From: Octopus sinensis
Taxonomy: Eukaryota
Reading direction: 5' to 3'
Assembly: GCF_006345805.1 (NCBI RefSeq)
Contig: NC_043025.1
Span: 16,058,001 to 16,122,000 of the forward strand
Length of the DNA stretch: 64,000 nt
Below the pieces are notes generated by a model. That model had not been told where the DNA came from. It saw only the letters and a program-made list of their open reading frames with translations, and ran no database searches. The position numbers were made by a program, and so were the translations under genes. Positions 26,305 through 40,129 of the stretch are shown here, piece by piece; the stretch's first letter is position 1, and each line of letters opens with the position of its first letter.

Positions 26305-29300
26305 TAGAGAAGAAAACCACCTTTTATCAATTTAACAATGAATGAACAATGATATAATTAAATTATACCATATAGAGAAAAATTAAATATACCATAATTA
26401 AGTAAAGTACAAAATAATAATAAAAAGTATATCATTGGCAAAAAAACTACCTGTGTTTTATATATATATATATAGAGAGAGAGAGAGAATACCAAACTCA
26501 TTCCCTATGGATACCGTATTTATTACAACGAGTGGCTTGTAAACGTATCTAACAAGCGAAAGTGAGTTAGATACGTTTAAAGCCACTCGTTGTAATAAAT
26601 ACGGTATCCATAGGGAATGAGTTTGGTATTTTATTTATTACACACGAATAAACGACCATATTTTATTAACCCAATAACTAAATTCTTCACGTTTAGTTGT
26701 AACTTATGAATGACAAAAGTAGTGCCGTCACCGTGACCTCGGGTCATCACCATGGATTGACCAATCAGAAGCAGCGCTGTCACCATGACCTCGGGTCATC
26801 ACCATGCATTGACCAATCAGAAGCAGCGCTGTCACCATGACCTCGGGTCATCACCATGGATTGACCAATCAGAAGCAGCGCTGTCACCATGACCTCGGGT
26901 CATCACCATGGATTGACCAATCAGAAGCAGCGCTGTCACCGTGACCTCGGGTCATCACCATGGATTGACCAATCAGAAGCAGCGCTGTCACCGTGACCTC
27001 GGGTCATCACCATGGATTGACCAATCAGAAGCAGTGCTGTCACCGTGACCTCGGGTCATCACCAACGACCATATTTTATTAACCCAATAACTAAATTCTT
27101 CACGTTTAGTTGTAACTTATGAATGACAAAAGTAGTGCCGTCACCGTGACCTCGGGTCATCACCATGGATTGACCAATCAGAAGCAGCGCTGTCACCATG
27201 ACCTCGGGTCATCACCATGGATTGACCATCAGAAGCAGCGCGTCACCGTGACCTCGGGTCATCACCATGGATTGACCAATCAGAAGCAGTGCTGTCACCG
27301 TGACCTCGGGTCATCACACCATGCATTGACCAATCAGAAGCAGCGCTGTCACCATGACCTCGGTCATCACCATGGATTGACCAATCAGAAGCAGCGCTGT
27401 CACCATGACCTCGGTCATCACCATGGATTGACCAATCAGAAGCAGCGCTGTCACCGTGACCTCGGGTCATCACCATGGATTGACCAATCAGAAGCAGCGC
27501 TGTCACTGTGACCTCGGGTCATCACCATGGATTGACCAATCAGAAGCAGCGCTGTCACCGTGACCTCGGGTCATCACCATGGATTGACCAATCAGAAGCA
27601 GCGCTGTCACCGTGACCTCGGGTCATCACCATGGATTGACCAATCAGAAGCAGTGCTGTCACCGTGACCTCGGGTCATCACCATGGATTGACCAATCAGA
27701 AGCAGCGCTGTCACCGTGACCTCGGGTCATCACCATGGATTGACCGATCAGAAGCAGCGCTGTCACCATGACCTCAGGTCATCACCATGGATTGACCAAT
27801 CAGAAGCAGTGCTGTCACCGTGACCTCGGGTCATCACCATGGATTGACCATCAGAAGCGCTGTCGTGCACCGTCACCATGACCTCAGGTCATCACCATGG
27901 ATTGACCAATCAGAAGCAGTGCTGTCACCGTGACCTCGGGTCATCACCATGGATTGACCAATCAGAAGCAGCGCTGTCACCGTGACCTTGGGTCATCACC
28001 ATGGATTGACCAATCAGAAGCAGCGCTGTCACTGTGACCTCGGGTCATCACATGGATTGACCAATCAGAAGCAGCGCTATCACCGTGACTCGGGTCATAC
28101 CATGGATGACCAATCAGAAGCAGCGCTGTCACCGTGACCTCGGGTCATCACCATGATTGACCAATCAGAAGCCTGTCACCGACTCGGGTCATCACCATGG
28201 ATTGACCAATCAGAGCAGCGCTGTCACCGTGACCTCGGTCATCACCATGGATTGACCAATCAGAAGCAGCGCTGTCACGTGCGTGACCTCGGGTCATCAC
28301 CATGGATTGACCAATCAGAAGCAGCGCTGTCACCGTGACCTCGGGTCATCACCATGGATTGACCAATCAGAAGCAGTGCTGTCACCGTGACCTCAGGTCA
28401 TCACCATGGATTGACCAATCAGAAGCAGCGCTGTCACCGTGACCTCGGGTCATCACCATGGATTGACCAATCAGAAGCAGTGCTGTCACCGTGACCTCGG
28501 GTCATCACCATGGATTGACCAATCAGAAGCAGCGCTCGCAGTATCTGACATATGTTAGATACCAAAAATATCTCAAAGTGTTCTCACTCACGTGTGTAAT
28601 AAATATATATTTATATATGCAGTAATCCCTCGCCATATCGCGGTTCACCTGTCTCGGTTTATTAATTAAGCTTACGTCGATTCCTCCGTGGTGTTGTTTT
28701 GCCTTTAGAATATCTCTTCTCTATATATATAAACGGCAGTTTGTCTGTCTGTGTGTCTGTCAGGTTGTACCCTCACCCTGACCACGGCTTTCAACCGATT
28801 CTGATGAAACTTGACACACCCATAGCCCAATGTCATAATTCAAAACTAACGCAGCGAAAAGTTTGAAAAGTTTCCCCAGTTCTGAAAAAAATCGATAAAT
28901 TCGACATGGGGTCGAGAATCTAAGCTTTTTTTTATGCAACACATTTTCTATCGGGAGACAGCTAGGAACATCGTATACACAGAAGTATTCGAGTGAAGAG
29001 AATACATTGCAACCTACACATGCGCCTTCGTTCCCTAGAGGGAAAGGACTACATTGGGATTAGTCGTTGCCTACTAGGGGCTCTTACATACCTGGGCAAC
29101 GCCGGGCTATGCTGCTAGTAATAAATATATACAAATTATAAAAATATTATTAAAAAGTATACAGTACAGGACTATTTCTACTTCTAGGATTTCCACCTAT
29201 CGCAGGGGCTTTTGGAACGTAACACCTGTGACAGTCGAGGGATTATTGTATATATTGGATCATTAATGATATATTTAAAAGAAAAGCTGTTTCTCTGTTT

Positions 29301-32300
29301 GTCCTATAATGCCCAGTGATACACATTAACCGGTTATAGCATTTTCCAGACCGGGGTACAATGTTTATGGTCATACACGAGGACAAAAATTATCATCAAC
29401 ACTATTTGAAATTTTTACTTTGTGGTTCAGTCTTACGATCAATTCATACAAATTGATTTGCTTTTGTGATACAAGCGAAATGACGAGCGGTATTTCGTCT
29501 GTCTTTACGTTCTGTGTTCAAATTCCGTCGAGGTCGGCTTTGGCTTTCATCCTTTCGGGGTTGATAAATTGAGTACCAGTTGCATACTGGGTCGATCTAA
29601 TTGACTGACCCCACTCCCTCCAAAATTTCGGGCCTTGTGCAAATTTTCAGTTTTCGTATAGAAATATTGCAATCCATGTGGTTACATTTTCACGCATTTA
29701 TATATGTACTAGCAGCATAGCCCGGCATTGCCCGGGTATGTAAGAGCCCCTGGAGCAGACATGATGCTCGCTGTGAATTTAAAAAACATTCCCGCCAATT
29801 TGTGAAAGATATTGTCGAAAATATGTCATCTTGAATTTAAACGCGATTTCCCAAAATGGCATGATTTTATCAATTTTTTCTGATGGTAAGGTATTGCATG
29901 GAAAACTAACGTCAGAATTAAGTTTCTTAGGGTAACATTAAGCTTCACCATAAGTTTGGTGAAAATCGATTGCAAGTTGCGAAAACTACAACAGAAAATG
30001 TGTTGCAAATAAAAAGCTTAGATTCTCGACCCCATGTCGAATTTATCGATTTTTTTCAGAACTGGGGAGACTTTTCAAAATTTTCGCTGTGTTAGTTTTG
30101 AATTATGACATTGGGCTATGTGTGTGTCAAGTTTCATCAGAATCGGTTGAAAGCCGTGGTCAGGGTGAGGGTACAACCTGACAGACACACAGACAGACAA
30201 ACTGCCGTTTATATAGAGAGAGATACATACATATATAAATAGAGTTAATGGTTGTAGTAACTGACTAAGGGATAAAATATCCATATATACTATCATTGTC
30301 TGTTATCTGGGCAATGGTGTGCAGGGACACCCTACACGTAAAGTGCAGGTAGCAACAGGATAAACAAGAGTTTATCAGGAACCAATGCAAATAATTAGAA
30401 AATGGAGAAAAGCATAGCAGCATAGCCCGGCATTGCCTGGGTATGTAAGAGCCCCTAGTAGGCAATGACTAATCCCAATCTAGTCCTTTCCCTCTAGGGA
30501 ACGAAGGCGCATGTGTAGGTCGCAATGTCTTCTCTTCACTCGAATACTTCTGTGTATACGATGTTCCTAGCTGTCCCTTTGGGCGATAAAAAGGTCGAGT
30601 TGTGTCCCCTAGACAGAAAATGTGTTGCATATAAAAAGCTTAGATTCTCGACCCCATGTCGAATTTATCGATTTTTTTCAGAACTGGGGGAACTTTTCAA
30701 AATTTTCGCTGCGTTAGTTTTGAATTATGACATTGGGCTATGTGTGTGTCAAGTTTCATCAGAATCGGTTGAAGCCGTGGTCAGGGTGAGGGTACAACCT
30801 AACAGACACACAGAAACACACACAGACAACTGCCGTTTATATAGAGAGATACATACATATATAAATAGAGTTAATGGTTGTAGTAACTGACTAAGGGATA
30901 AAATATCCATATATACTATCATTGTCTGTTATCTGGGCAATGGTGTGCAGGGACACCCTACACGTAAAGTGCAGGTAGCAACAGGATAAACAAGAGTTTA
31001 TCAGGAACCAATGCAAATAATTAGAAAATGGAGAAAAGCATAGCAGCATAGCCCGGCATTGCCTGGGTATGTAAGAGCCCCTAGTAGGCAATGACTAATC
31101 CCAATCTAGTCCTTTCCCTCTAGGGAACGAAGGCGCATGTGTAGGTCGCAATGTCTTCTCTTCACTCGAATACTTCTGTGTATACGATGTTCCTAGCTGT
31201 CCCTTTGGGCGATAAAAAGGTCGAGTTGTGTCCCCTAGACAGAAAATGTGTTGCATATAAAAAGCTTAGATTCTCGACCCCATGTCGAATTTATCGATTT
31301 TTTTCAGAACTGGGGGAACTTTTCAAAATTTTCGCTGCGTTAGTTTTGAATTATGACATTGGGCTATGTGTGTGTCAAGTTTCATCAGAATCGGTTGAAA
31401 GCCGTGGTCAGGGTGAGGGTACAACCTAACAGACACACAGAAACACACACAGACAAACTGCCGTTTATATAGAGAGAGATACATACATATATAAATAGAG
31501 TTAATGGTTGTAGTAACTGACTAAGGGATAAAATATCCATATATACTATCATTGTCTGTTATCTGGGCAATGGTGTGCAGGGACACCCTACACGTAAAGT
31601 GCAGGTAGCAACAGGATAAACAAGAGTTTATCAGGAACCAATGCAAATAATTAGAAAATGGAGAAAAGCATAGATTAACGAGTGCATTGATTGGACTACA
31701 TTTTAAAGCATATTTATTGATACAACACGAATCTAACATCTGTTTCTGATCAGAATACCAGAATGCAGTTTATCCATAAATGTGAGGATAAAATTTTTCA
31801 TCTTCATTTGGCATTAAGGCAACAGATCTTCGTCAGAGTGAAAAACAAGAGCATACAATATAAACAAAATAGGCGCAGGAGTAGCTGTGTGGTAAGTAGC
31901 TTGCTTATGAACCACATGGTTCCGGGTTCAGTCCCACTGTGTGGCACCTTGGGCAAGTGTCTTCTACTATAGCCTCGGGCTGACCAAAGCCTTGTGAGTG
32001 GATTTGGTAGACGGAAACTGAAAGAAGCCCGTCGTATATATGTATATATATATATATGTGTGTCTGTGTTTGTCCCCCTAGCATTGCTTGACAACCGATG
32101 CTGGTGTGTTTATGTCCCCGTCACTTAGCGGTTCGGCAAAAGAGACCGATAGAATAAGTACTGGGCTTTCAAAGAATAAGTCCCAGGGTCGAGTTGCTCG
32201 ATTAAAAAAATGGCGGTGCTCCAGCATGGCCGCAGTCAAATGACTGAAACAAGTAAAAGAGAGAAAGTAAAAGCAGAGGAAACATGGCTTAGAGGAATAG

Positions 32301-33191
32301 TGTAGAAGCCTGATGTGTTATTCATGCCCCTAGTTATTTACGGTCAGGGCTCAAAGAGCATTGATGGGGGAACCAAGACTTTTTGTTTATGCCATGTTTT
32401 CTTTCCTTTCTTGTGTTTGTCCCCTCCCCCAACATTGCATGACAACCGATGATGGTGTGTTTACATCCCTGTAACTTAGTGGTTCGGCAAAAGAGACCGA
32501 TAGAATAAGTACTGGGCTTACAAAGAATAAGTCCTGGGGTTGATTTGCTTGACTAAAGGTGGTGCTCCAGCATGGCCACAGTCAAATGACCGAAAGAAAT
32601 AAAAGAGAAAAATAGTCTATCTATCTATATATAATATGTATTCTTTTATTTGTTTCAGTCATTTGACTGCGGCCATGCTGGAGCACTGCCTTTAGTCGAA
32701 CTAATCATCCCCAGGACTTACTCTTTGTAGGCTTGGTACTTATTCTGTTGGTCTCTTTTGTCGAACCAGTAAGTTACGGGGATGTAAACGCACCAACAGT
32801 GGTTGTCAAGTGAAGGTGGGGCAGTATATATACGACAGGCTTCTTTCAGTTTCTGTCCACCATATTCACTCACTGGGCTTTGGTCAGCCTGAGGCTATAG
32901 AAGACACTTGTGGTTGGTAAGCAAGCTACTTACCACACAGCCATTCCTGTGCCTATATATATATATATATATATATATATGTAGGCGCGGGCATGGCTGT
33001 GTGGTTAGGGAGCTTGCTTCCTAGCTGCATGGTTTCGGGTTCAGTCCCACTGCATGGCACTCTGGGTAGGTGTCTTCCACTATAGCCCCGAGCCGACCGG
33101 AGCTTTGTGATTGAATTCGGTAGGTGGAAGTTACTGCCGTGTGTGTATGTGTGCGTATAGCTGCTCAGTGCCTCTCCAAAAGAGAGAGAGG

Positions 33192-33227
<36 letters not shown>

Positions 33228-35550
33228 TATATAGCATATATGTATGTTATTTACATTTGATGGATATTTGTCTTCATCTTGTTTGTTGTTAACAAACAAA
33301 ATGAGGACAAATATCTGTCAAATGTAAATAATTCCTCATCTCTTAAATATAGAACTGTATGTATGTAATTATTATTATTAGTACATTTATGTATTTGTTG
33401 TGCAAGATTTTTTATGTGAAGTCGTGTGTTGAAACAGATATTGTTATATTTCGGAATGGTCATTTTGCCAGTTTAGCCAATAAAAACACACGCACTATAT
33501 ATTTGGTGTTACTTTGCTTCAGTGTAATTTATTTTTTACATTAATCTTAATCTTATTTCGGCCAGAGTTCTTTCGTCACACTCCTGTGACCTCAGCAGTG
33601 GTCCTTTGTTTTCTTCTTTCTTATTTGTGTCTCTCCTTACTAACCATCAGCCATTTTATATTTCTATTGTGTGTCTTCATTTGCGCATGCTTATATCTCT
33701 ATGTGCGTCTATGTTTATTTAGTGTGGGGGGGGATGCCTGTAATATTTGTATCTTCTGTTTATATATGTTCATGTAATTGGTTTTTATTTTGTTCATGTG
33801 TTTACATACACTTATTATTATTATTATTATGTATGCTTGTATGTATGTATGTATGTATGTATAACAACAATACTAGTAATAATAATTTTTAAAAAAATTT
33901 AAATTTAAATTTTAAAAAAAATTTTTAATTAAAAAAAACCTATTTAGTTATTTACTTCCATTTGTTTATTTGTCAGTGTATTTTATTTTATTATGCTTTC
34001 AGTTTTGTTTATATTGTAACCAGTTTATGGGGATCCTCTTCTGTCATATGTTGTGGTGTGTGCTAGTGTTCCATTCTAGTTTTCTATTCAGGCTAGCTTT
34101 TGTAATTTGTCTGATTGTTGCATCTGTTCTATGTGTGGATAAGATTTTAATTTCTATGTTGTTGATTGATCCCCCGTGTCCCTGCAGGGCGTGTTGGTAT
34201 AGAATCGATGAGCTCTTTCCTTCTGTAAGTTCTCTCCAATGTACATTTACCCGCTCTCCTATGCTTCTTGCCGTTTCCCCTACATATGTCGTTGTCTTGT
34301 TACTGCATCGTCCCTCTATACATCTTATACTATAGACTACATTTCTGGCTTTACAGTTTATTTGTGGGCTAAATCTACATACAGTACAGTACTTATCCGT
34401 ACAGGGGGTTCTACTAAAAGGATAGGTTCTACCAATTATAGATTTGATAGGGTTGCCTGGCTTTTCAACAACCTTAGTTCTTAGCTTAAATTTGTCTTGG
34501 GTCCTTCTAAAGCGGTACGCCAGTTCACCTCCAGGGGTGGTGTCAACGAACATGACATTCTGGTATTTATGGCTATCATACCAAGAGTTGGCCTTCCCTA
34601 TTTTCTTTTTTGTCCTTTCTATAGTGTTCCATGACTTGTTCCTATAGAATGGGCAAATCCCATTCCTATCATTACATAATATATTATCGAATTTCTTCAT
34701 GGCTCCTTTGTATACTCTGATCCTTTCTTTATGGCTGTAACCTGAGAACTGCCATATTATTATTATTATATTTTAAAAAAGGATTGTCGTAACTCTTCAC
34801 AAAGGTAAACAGTCAACATGAAGAGCACAATTCGATTGTAAGATTCGATTGTTCTTTGGACGACTGTTGAAGCCAATGGAGGCGTGTGAGGTTGGCTGGA
34901 GGAGAATTTGATGGGTCAGAGTGAAAGTATTATTATTATTATTTTCATTATTATTATTATTATGACTGTTGTTATTACTGTTGTCTTGTTTTTTACAGAA
35001 TATCCTCCGAATGTTGCTGGTGCTGCTCACGGGTCTTGTAGTGATTACCATTCCTGACTTTGCCAATCTAATGGCCCTCATCGGCGCCACCTGCTGCACA
35101 CTGCTGGCCTTCATTCTTCCCGGCCTCTTTCATTTTATCATTTTCAAAGAGTAAGTCTTTCTCTGTTGAGTCTTTCCATCTTTGGACGACTGTTGAGGCC
35201 AATGGAGGCGTGTGAGGATGGCTGGAGGTGAGGGTGGCTGGAGGTGAGGATGGCTGGAGGTGAGGGTGGCTGGAGGTGAGGGTGGCTGGAGGTGAGGGTG
35301 GCTGGAGGTGAGGATGGCTGGAGGTGAGGGTGGCTGGAGGTGAGGGTTTTGAAGGGTCAGGGTGAAAGCAGTGTGGTATAGGGCTGTGTGTGTGTGTGTG
35401 TGTATGTGCTGTGGTTTGTTGTGGTATGATGAGAGATGTATGGTATGTTGCGTTGTGTTCTAATGAGGGCTGAGAGGCTGAAGCCATCAATAATAGACCA
35501 TCCCACATTTCACTGGTCAATGTATATATGTGTATATAAATATGTATGTG

Positions 35551-35581
<31 letters not shown>

Positions 35582-36792
35582 ATATATATATGTAGGTCCT
35601 GGGTTGAGTCGGGGTTAACCACAGTAAATAAGGTACTCAATACATAGCAGAGTAAATTAATTTATTTTATAGAAGGAGCTTCTACAGGACTAGAACTGTT
35701 TCATTCAGATGAAATCATCAGGCAGCTTCCTGATGATTTCATTTGAATGAAACAGTTCTAGTCCTGTAGAAGCTCCTTCTATAAAATAAATATATATATA
35801 TATATGTGTATGTATGTATGTGTGTGTATGTATATATATATGTGTGTGTATGTATATATATATGTGTGTGTATGTATATATATATGTGTATGTATGTGTG
35901 TGTATATATATATATGTGTGTGTATGTATATATATGTGTGTGTGTGTATATATATATGTGTATGTATGTGTGTGTATATATATATATGTGTGTGTGTATG
36001 TATCATCATCATCATCATCAAGGTGCTGAGCTGGCTGATTGAATTGTTAGCTTGCTGGGAAAAGTGCTTTATAGCATTTTGTCCGTCTCTACGTTCTGAG
36101 TTCAAATTCCACTGAGGTCAACTTTGCCTTTCATCTTTTTGAGGGTCAATAAAATCAATATCAGCTGAACACTGGGGTCAATGTACTTGAATCAGCCCTC
36201 CCCCTCCAACTGGTTGGTCTTCTGCCAAAATTTGAAAGCATTATTATTATTATTATTATCATTATTGAGTGAGAGAGCAGTGCATGCCATCAAAGTGACA
36301 CTGGGGTAAAATATACAAAGCCCAATATACCCATCATGACTACCCGTCTGATAAGGGTACACTAGGCACATGCATCACAACCATATGTGCGCGACATGGT
36401 GATCTCATATCAAGATAAACAGCGCATCACCTTGCAGGTGGGGCCCAGTTAGAATTTTCTTCAGGTCGAGTAACCCATCCCGCTCAAAAGATCCCTGAAT
36501 AAGGATCGTTGAAGGATGTTGAACGAAACACCCATGCCTCCAGAGGTGAATTATTCAAACCCCCAAAAATTCCTCTCAACACATGGCTACGATGCTCCCC
36601 CACTACTTCTGCTCGTGATCAGAGATGCACATATCGTCAGCCACTAAGGGACATGCTCAACTGGTTACGGTCAAACAACTGACAAGCAAATCTGTGGTAT
36701 TGAGCAGAATATTTGCTGTAGCCCCTCTTTTATGCCCAGACAAAACAATGGACATGATAACACTTCCAATCAGTTAAGATCAGAAGCTTATA

Positions 36793-36836
<44 letters not shown>

Positions 36837-37208
36837 GAAGAAGGCTGTGAGTTGGTGGATTTGTTAACACCCCAGGATAAAATGTTTTCTGGCATTTCAT
36901 CTGTTTTTATGTTCCTGAGTTCAAACTGTGTCGAGGTTGACTTTGCCTTTCATCCTTTTGGGGTTGGTGAAATAAGTACCAGTGGAACGTGGGGGGTCGA
37001 TGTAACCATCATCATCATCATTTAAAGTCTGTTTTCCATGCTGGCATATGTTGAATGGTTTGAAAGGAGCTGGCCAGCTGGAGTGCAGCCTGGGCCCCAC
37101 GTCTGTTTTGGCACTTCTTATTTTGAACTTGACAAACACAGACTTACTGTTGAAATATTTTCAACCAATAAAATATCATGCAATCAAATCGCACTCCTCG
37201 TCTTTACA

Positions 37209-37246
<38 letters not shown>

Positions 37247-37276
37247 CATTAATTATTATTATTATCATTATTATTA

Positions 37277-37342
<66 letters not shown>

Positions 37343-37397
37343 TATTATCATTAATTATTATTATTATCATTATTATTATCATTATTATTATTTATTA

Positions 37398-37451
<54 letters not shown>

Positions 37452-40097
37452 GGTGGTGGTGGTAAACCGGCACAGTTGTAAACACACCAAGCAAAAAGCT
37501 TAGCTGCATTTTGCTGTCTTTATGTCCTGAGTTCAAATCCCTCTATGGTTCACTTAGTCTTTCTTCCTATCTGTGTTGATGAAATCAGTACCTGTTTTGC
37601 ACTGGGGTCACACTAACCCCTCTCCTGAAATTGCTGGCCTCGTGCCAAAATTTGAAATCATTATTATTGTTCACTAATAACAAATTAATTTCATAATTAC
37701 CGCTGTTGTTCTTATTACAGGTCTACGACGTTATTGTTGCAGGTGGTTGATGTTACTTTAATACTTATTGGAATGATAGGGTAAGTTGGTGACCATCTTT
37801 TAAGTTCTGAGTTCAAATCCTGCCAATGTAGGCTTTGTCTTCCATCCTTTTGGGGTTGATAAAATACATACCAGTTGAACACTTGGACAGATATAATTGA
37901 CTAACCCCCAACTAAAGGCAACGGGCTGGCAGAAATCAGTTAAGCTCAGAAGCCATGAGAGCCAGTGCCTGGTACTTCATCAAGGCATCAGGGGTATTAT
38001 TATTGTTGTTGTTGTTGTTAAGGCAGTGAGCTGGTAGAATCGTTAGCATGCTGGATGAAATGCTTTGTAGTATTTTGCCTGCTTTCTGAGTTCAAATTCC
38101 GCCGAGGTCGACTTTGCCTTTCATCCTTTCAGAGTCAATAAAATAAGTACCAGTTGAATATTGGGGTCAAGGTAATTGACTCATCCTCCACCTGCCCCAG
38201 GATGCTCTTGTGGCAAAAATTTGAAATTATTATTATTATTATTATTATTATCATTATAATAATGGTGGTGAGCTGGCAGAAACGTTAGCATGCCGGGTGA
38301 AATGCTTCGTGGTATTTCGTCTGCCGCTACATTGTGAGTTCAAATTCCGCCGAGGTCGACTTTGCCTTTCATCCTTTCAGGGTCAATTAAATAAGTACTA
38401 GTTATGCACTGGGGTCGATATAATCGACTTAATCCGTTTGTCTGTCCTTGTTTGTCCTCTCTGTGTTTAGCCCCTTGTGGGTAGTAAAGAAATAAGTATT
38501 TTGTCTGTCTTTACATTCTGAGTTCAAATTCTGCCGAGGTTGACTTTGCCTTTCATCCTTTAGAGGTTGATAAATTAGGTACCAGTTGTATACTGGGGTC
38601 GATCTAATTTAATGCCCCCCCCCAAAATTTTGGGCTTCGTGCCAAGAGTAGGAAAGAGTATTTCGTCTGCTGCTACGTTTTGGATTTAAATTCCACCAAG
38701 GTTGACTTTGCCTTTCAGAGTCAATTAAATAAGTACCAGTTATACACTAGGGTTGATGTAATCAATGTAATCCCTTTCTTCAAATTTGAGGCCTTGTGCT
38801 TCCAGTAGAAAAGATTATCATTATTATTAGTATTATTATTGTTGTTGTTGATGTTGTTACTGTAATTTGGGCCTTGGGTACAAAAGTAACAAAATATGTG
38901 ACCCCTTAGATTCCAGTGAGAAGGGAAAAAAACAATTTGACTTTTTCAGGAATGTGTCAGGTTCAATGCCATCTGCTGAAACCTTTTGGTCATCTTCTCC
39001 TCCTCAATTATTATTATTGTTATTATTATTACGGTGGTGAACTGGCAGATTCGTTAGCATGTCGGGCTAAATGATTAGCACTATGTTCCAAGTTCAAATT
39101 CAGCTGAGGTCAACTTTGCCATTCATCATTTCAGGGTTGATAAAATAAGTACCAGTTGCATACTGGGGTTGATATAATTGACTCTCTCCGCCATTACCAC
39201 CCCGAAATTGCTGGCCTTGTGGCAAAAATTTGAAACCAATATTGCCTCCACCTTGTTTCAGTCATGTTTGTTTGTCCGTGGACAAAATATCTCAACAACT
39301 GTTGGATGAATTTGGATGAAACTTTCAGGGATGTCTGGCCCCGTGACTGGCACGAACTGATTAGATTTTGGAATCAATCTGGTACCGGACAAGGATTCTG
39401 GATTATTTTTCCATTTTTTTTTTACTTAACTTTTGAGAGCGGTCAAGTTCATTTTCAGTATTCTCGTTTATGAGAGCAATCGAGTTTATTTCAGATGTTC
39501 TCATTTTGAAAAGCATCCCTGGCTAATCATTGAGAGGACGTTGGTGTTCCCTTGGCAGAGCTTTGTGCTCTCTGACTGCTCTTATTATCATTATTTTTAT
39601 TATTATTATTATTATTGAGTGAAAGAGCAGTGCATGCCATCAAAGTGACACTGGGGTAAAATATACGAAGCCCAGTATACCCATCATGACCACCCATCTG
39701 ATAAGGGTACACCAGGCACACGCATCACAACCATATGTGCGCGACATGGTGATCTCACACCAAAATAAACAGCACATGACCATGCAGGTGGGGCCCAGTT
39801 AGAATTTTCTTCAGGTCAAGTAACCCATCCCACCCGAAAGGTCCCTGAATAAGGGTTGTCCAAGGATGTTGAACGAAACACCCATGCCTCCAGAGGTGAA
39901 TTATTCAAACCCCCAAAAATTCCTCTCAACACATGGCTACGATGCTCCCCCACTACTTCTGCTCATGATCAGAGATGCACATATCGTCAGCCACTAAGGG
40001 ACATGCTCAACTGGTTAAAGTCAAACAACTGACAAGCAAATCTGTGGTATTGAGCAGAATATTTGCTGTAGCCCATCTTTTATACCAAGACAAAACA

Positions 40098-40129
<32 letters not shown>

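Noticed and set aside
26727-28536. CRISPR-like array
   Set aside because: Units are contiguous with no unique spacers, in a eukaryotic intron; the same applies to the 36-bp and 60-bp arrays
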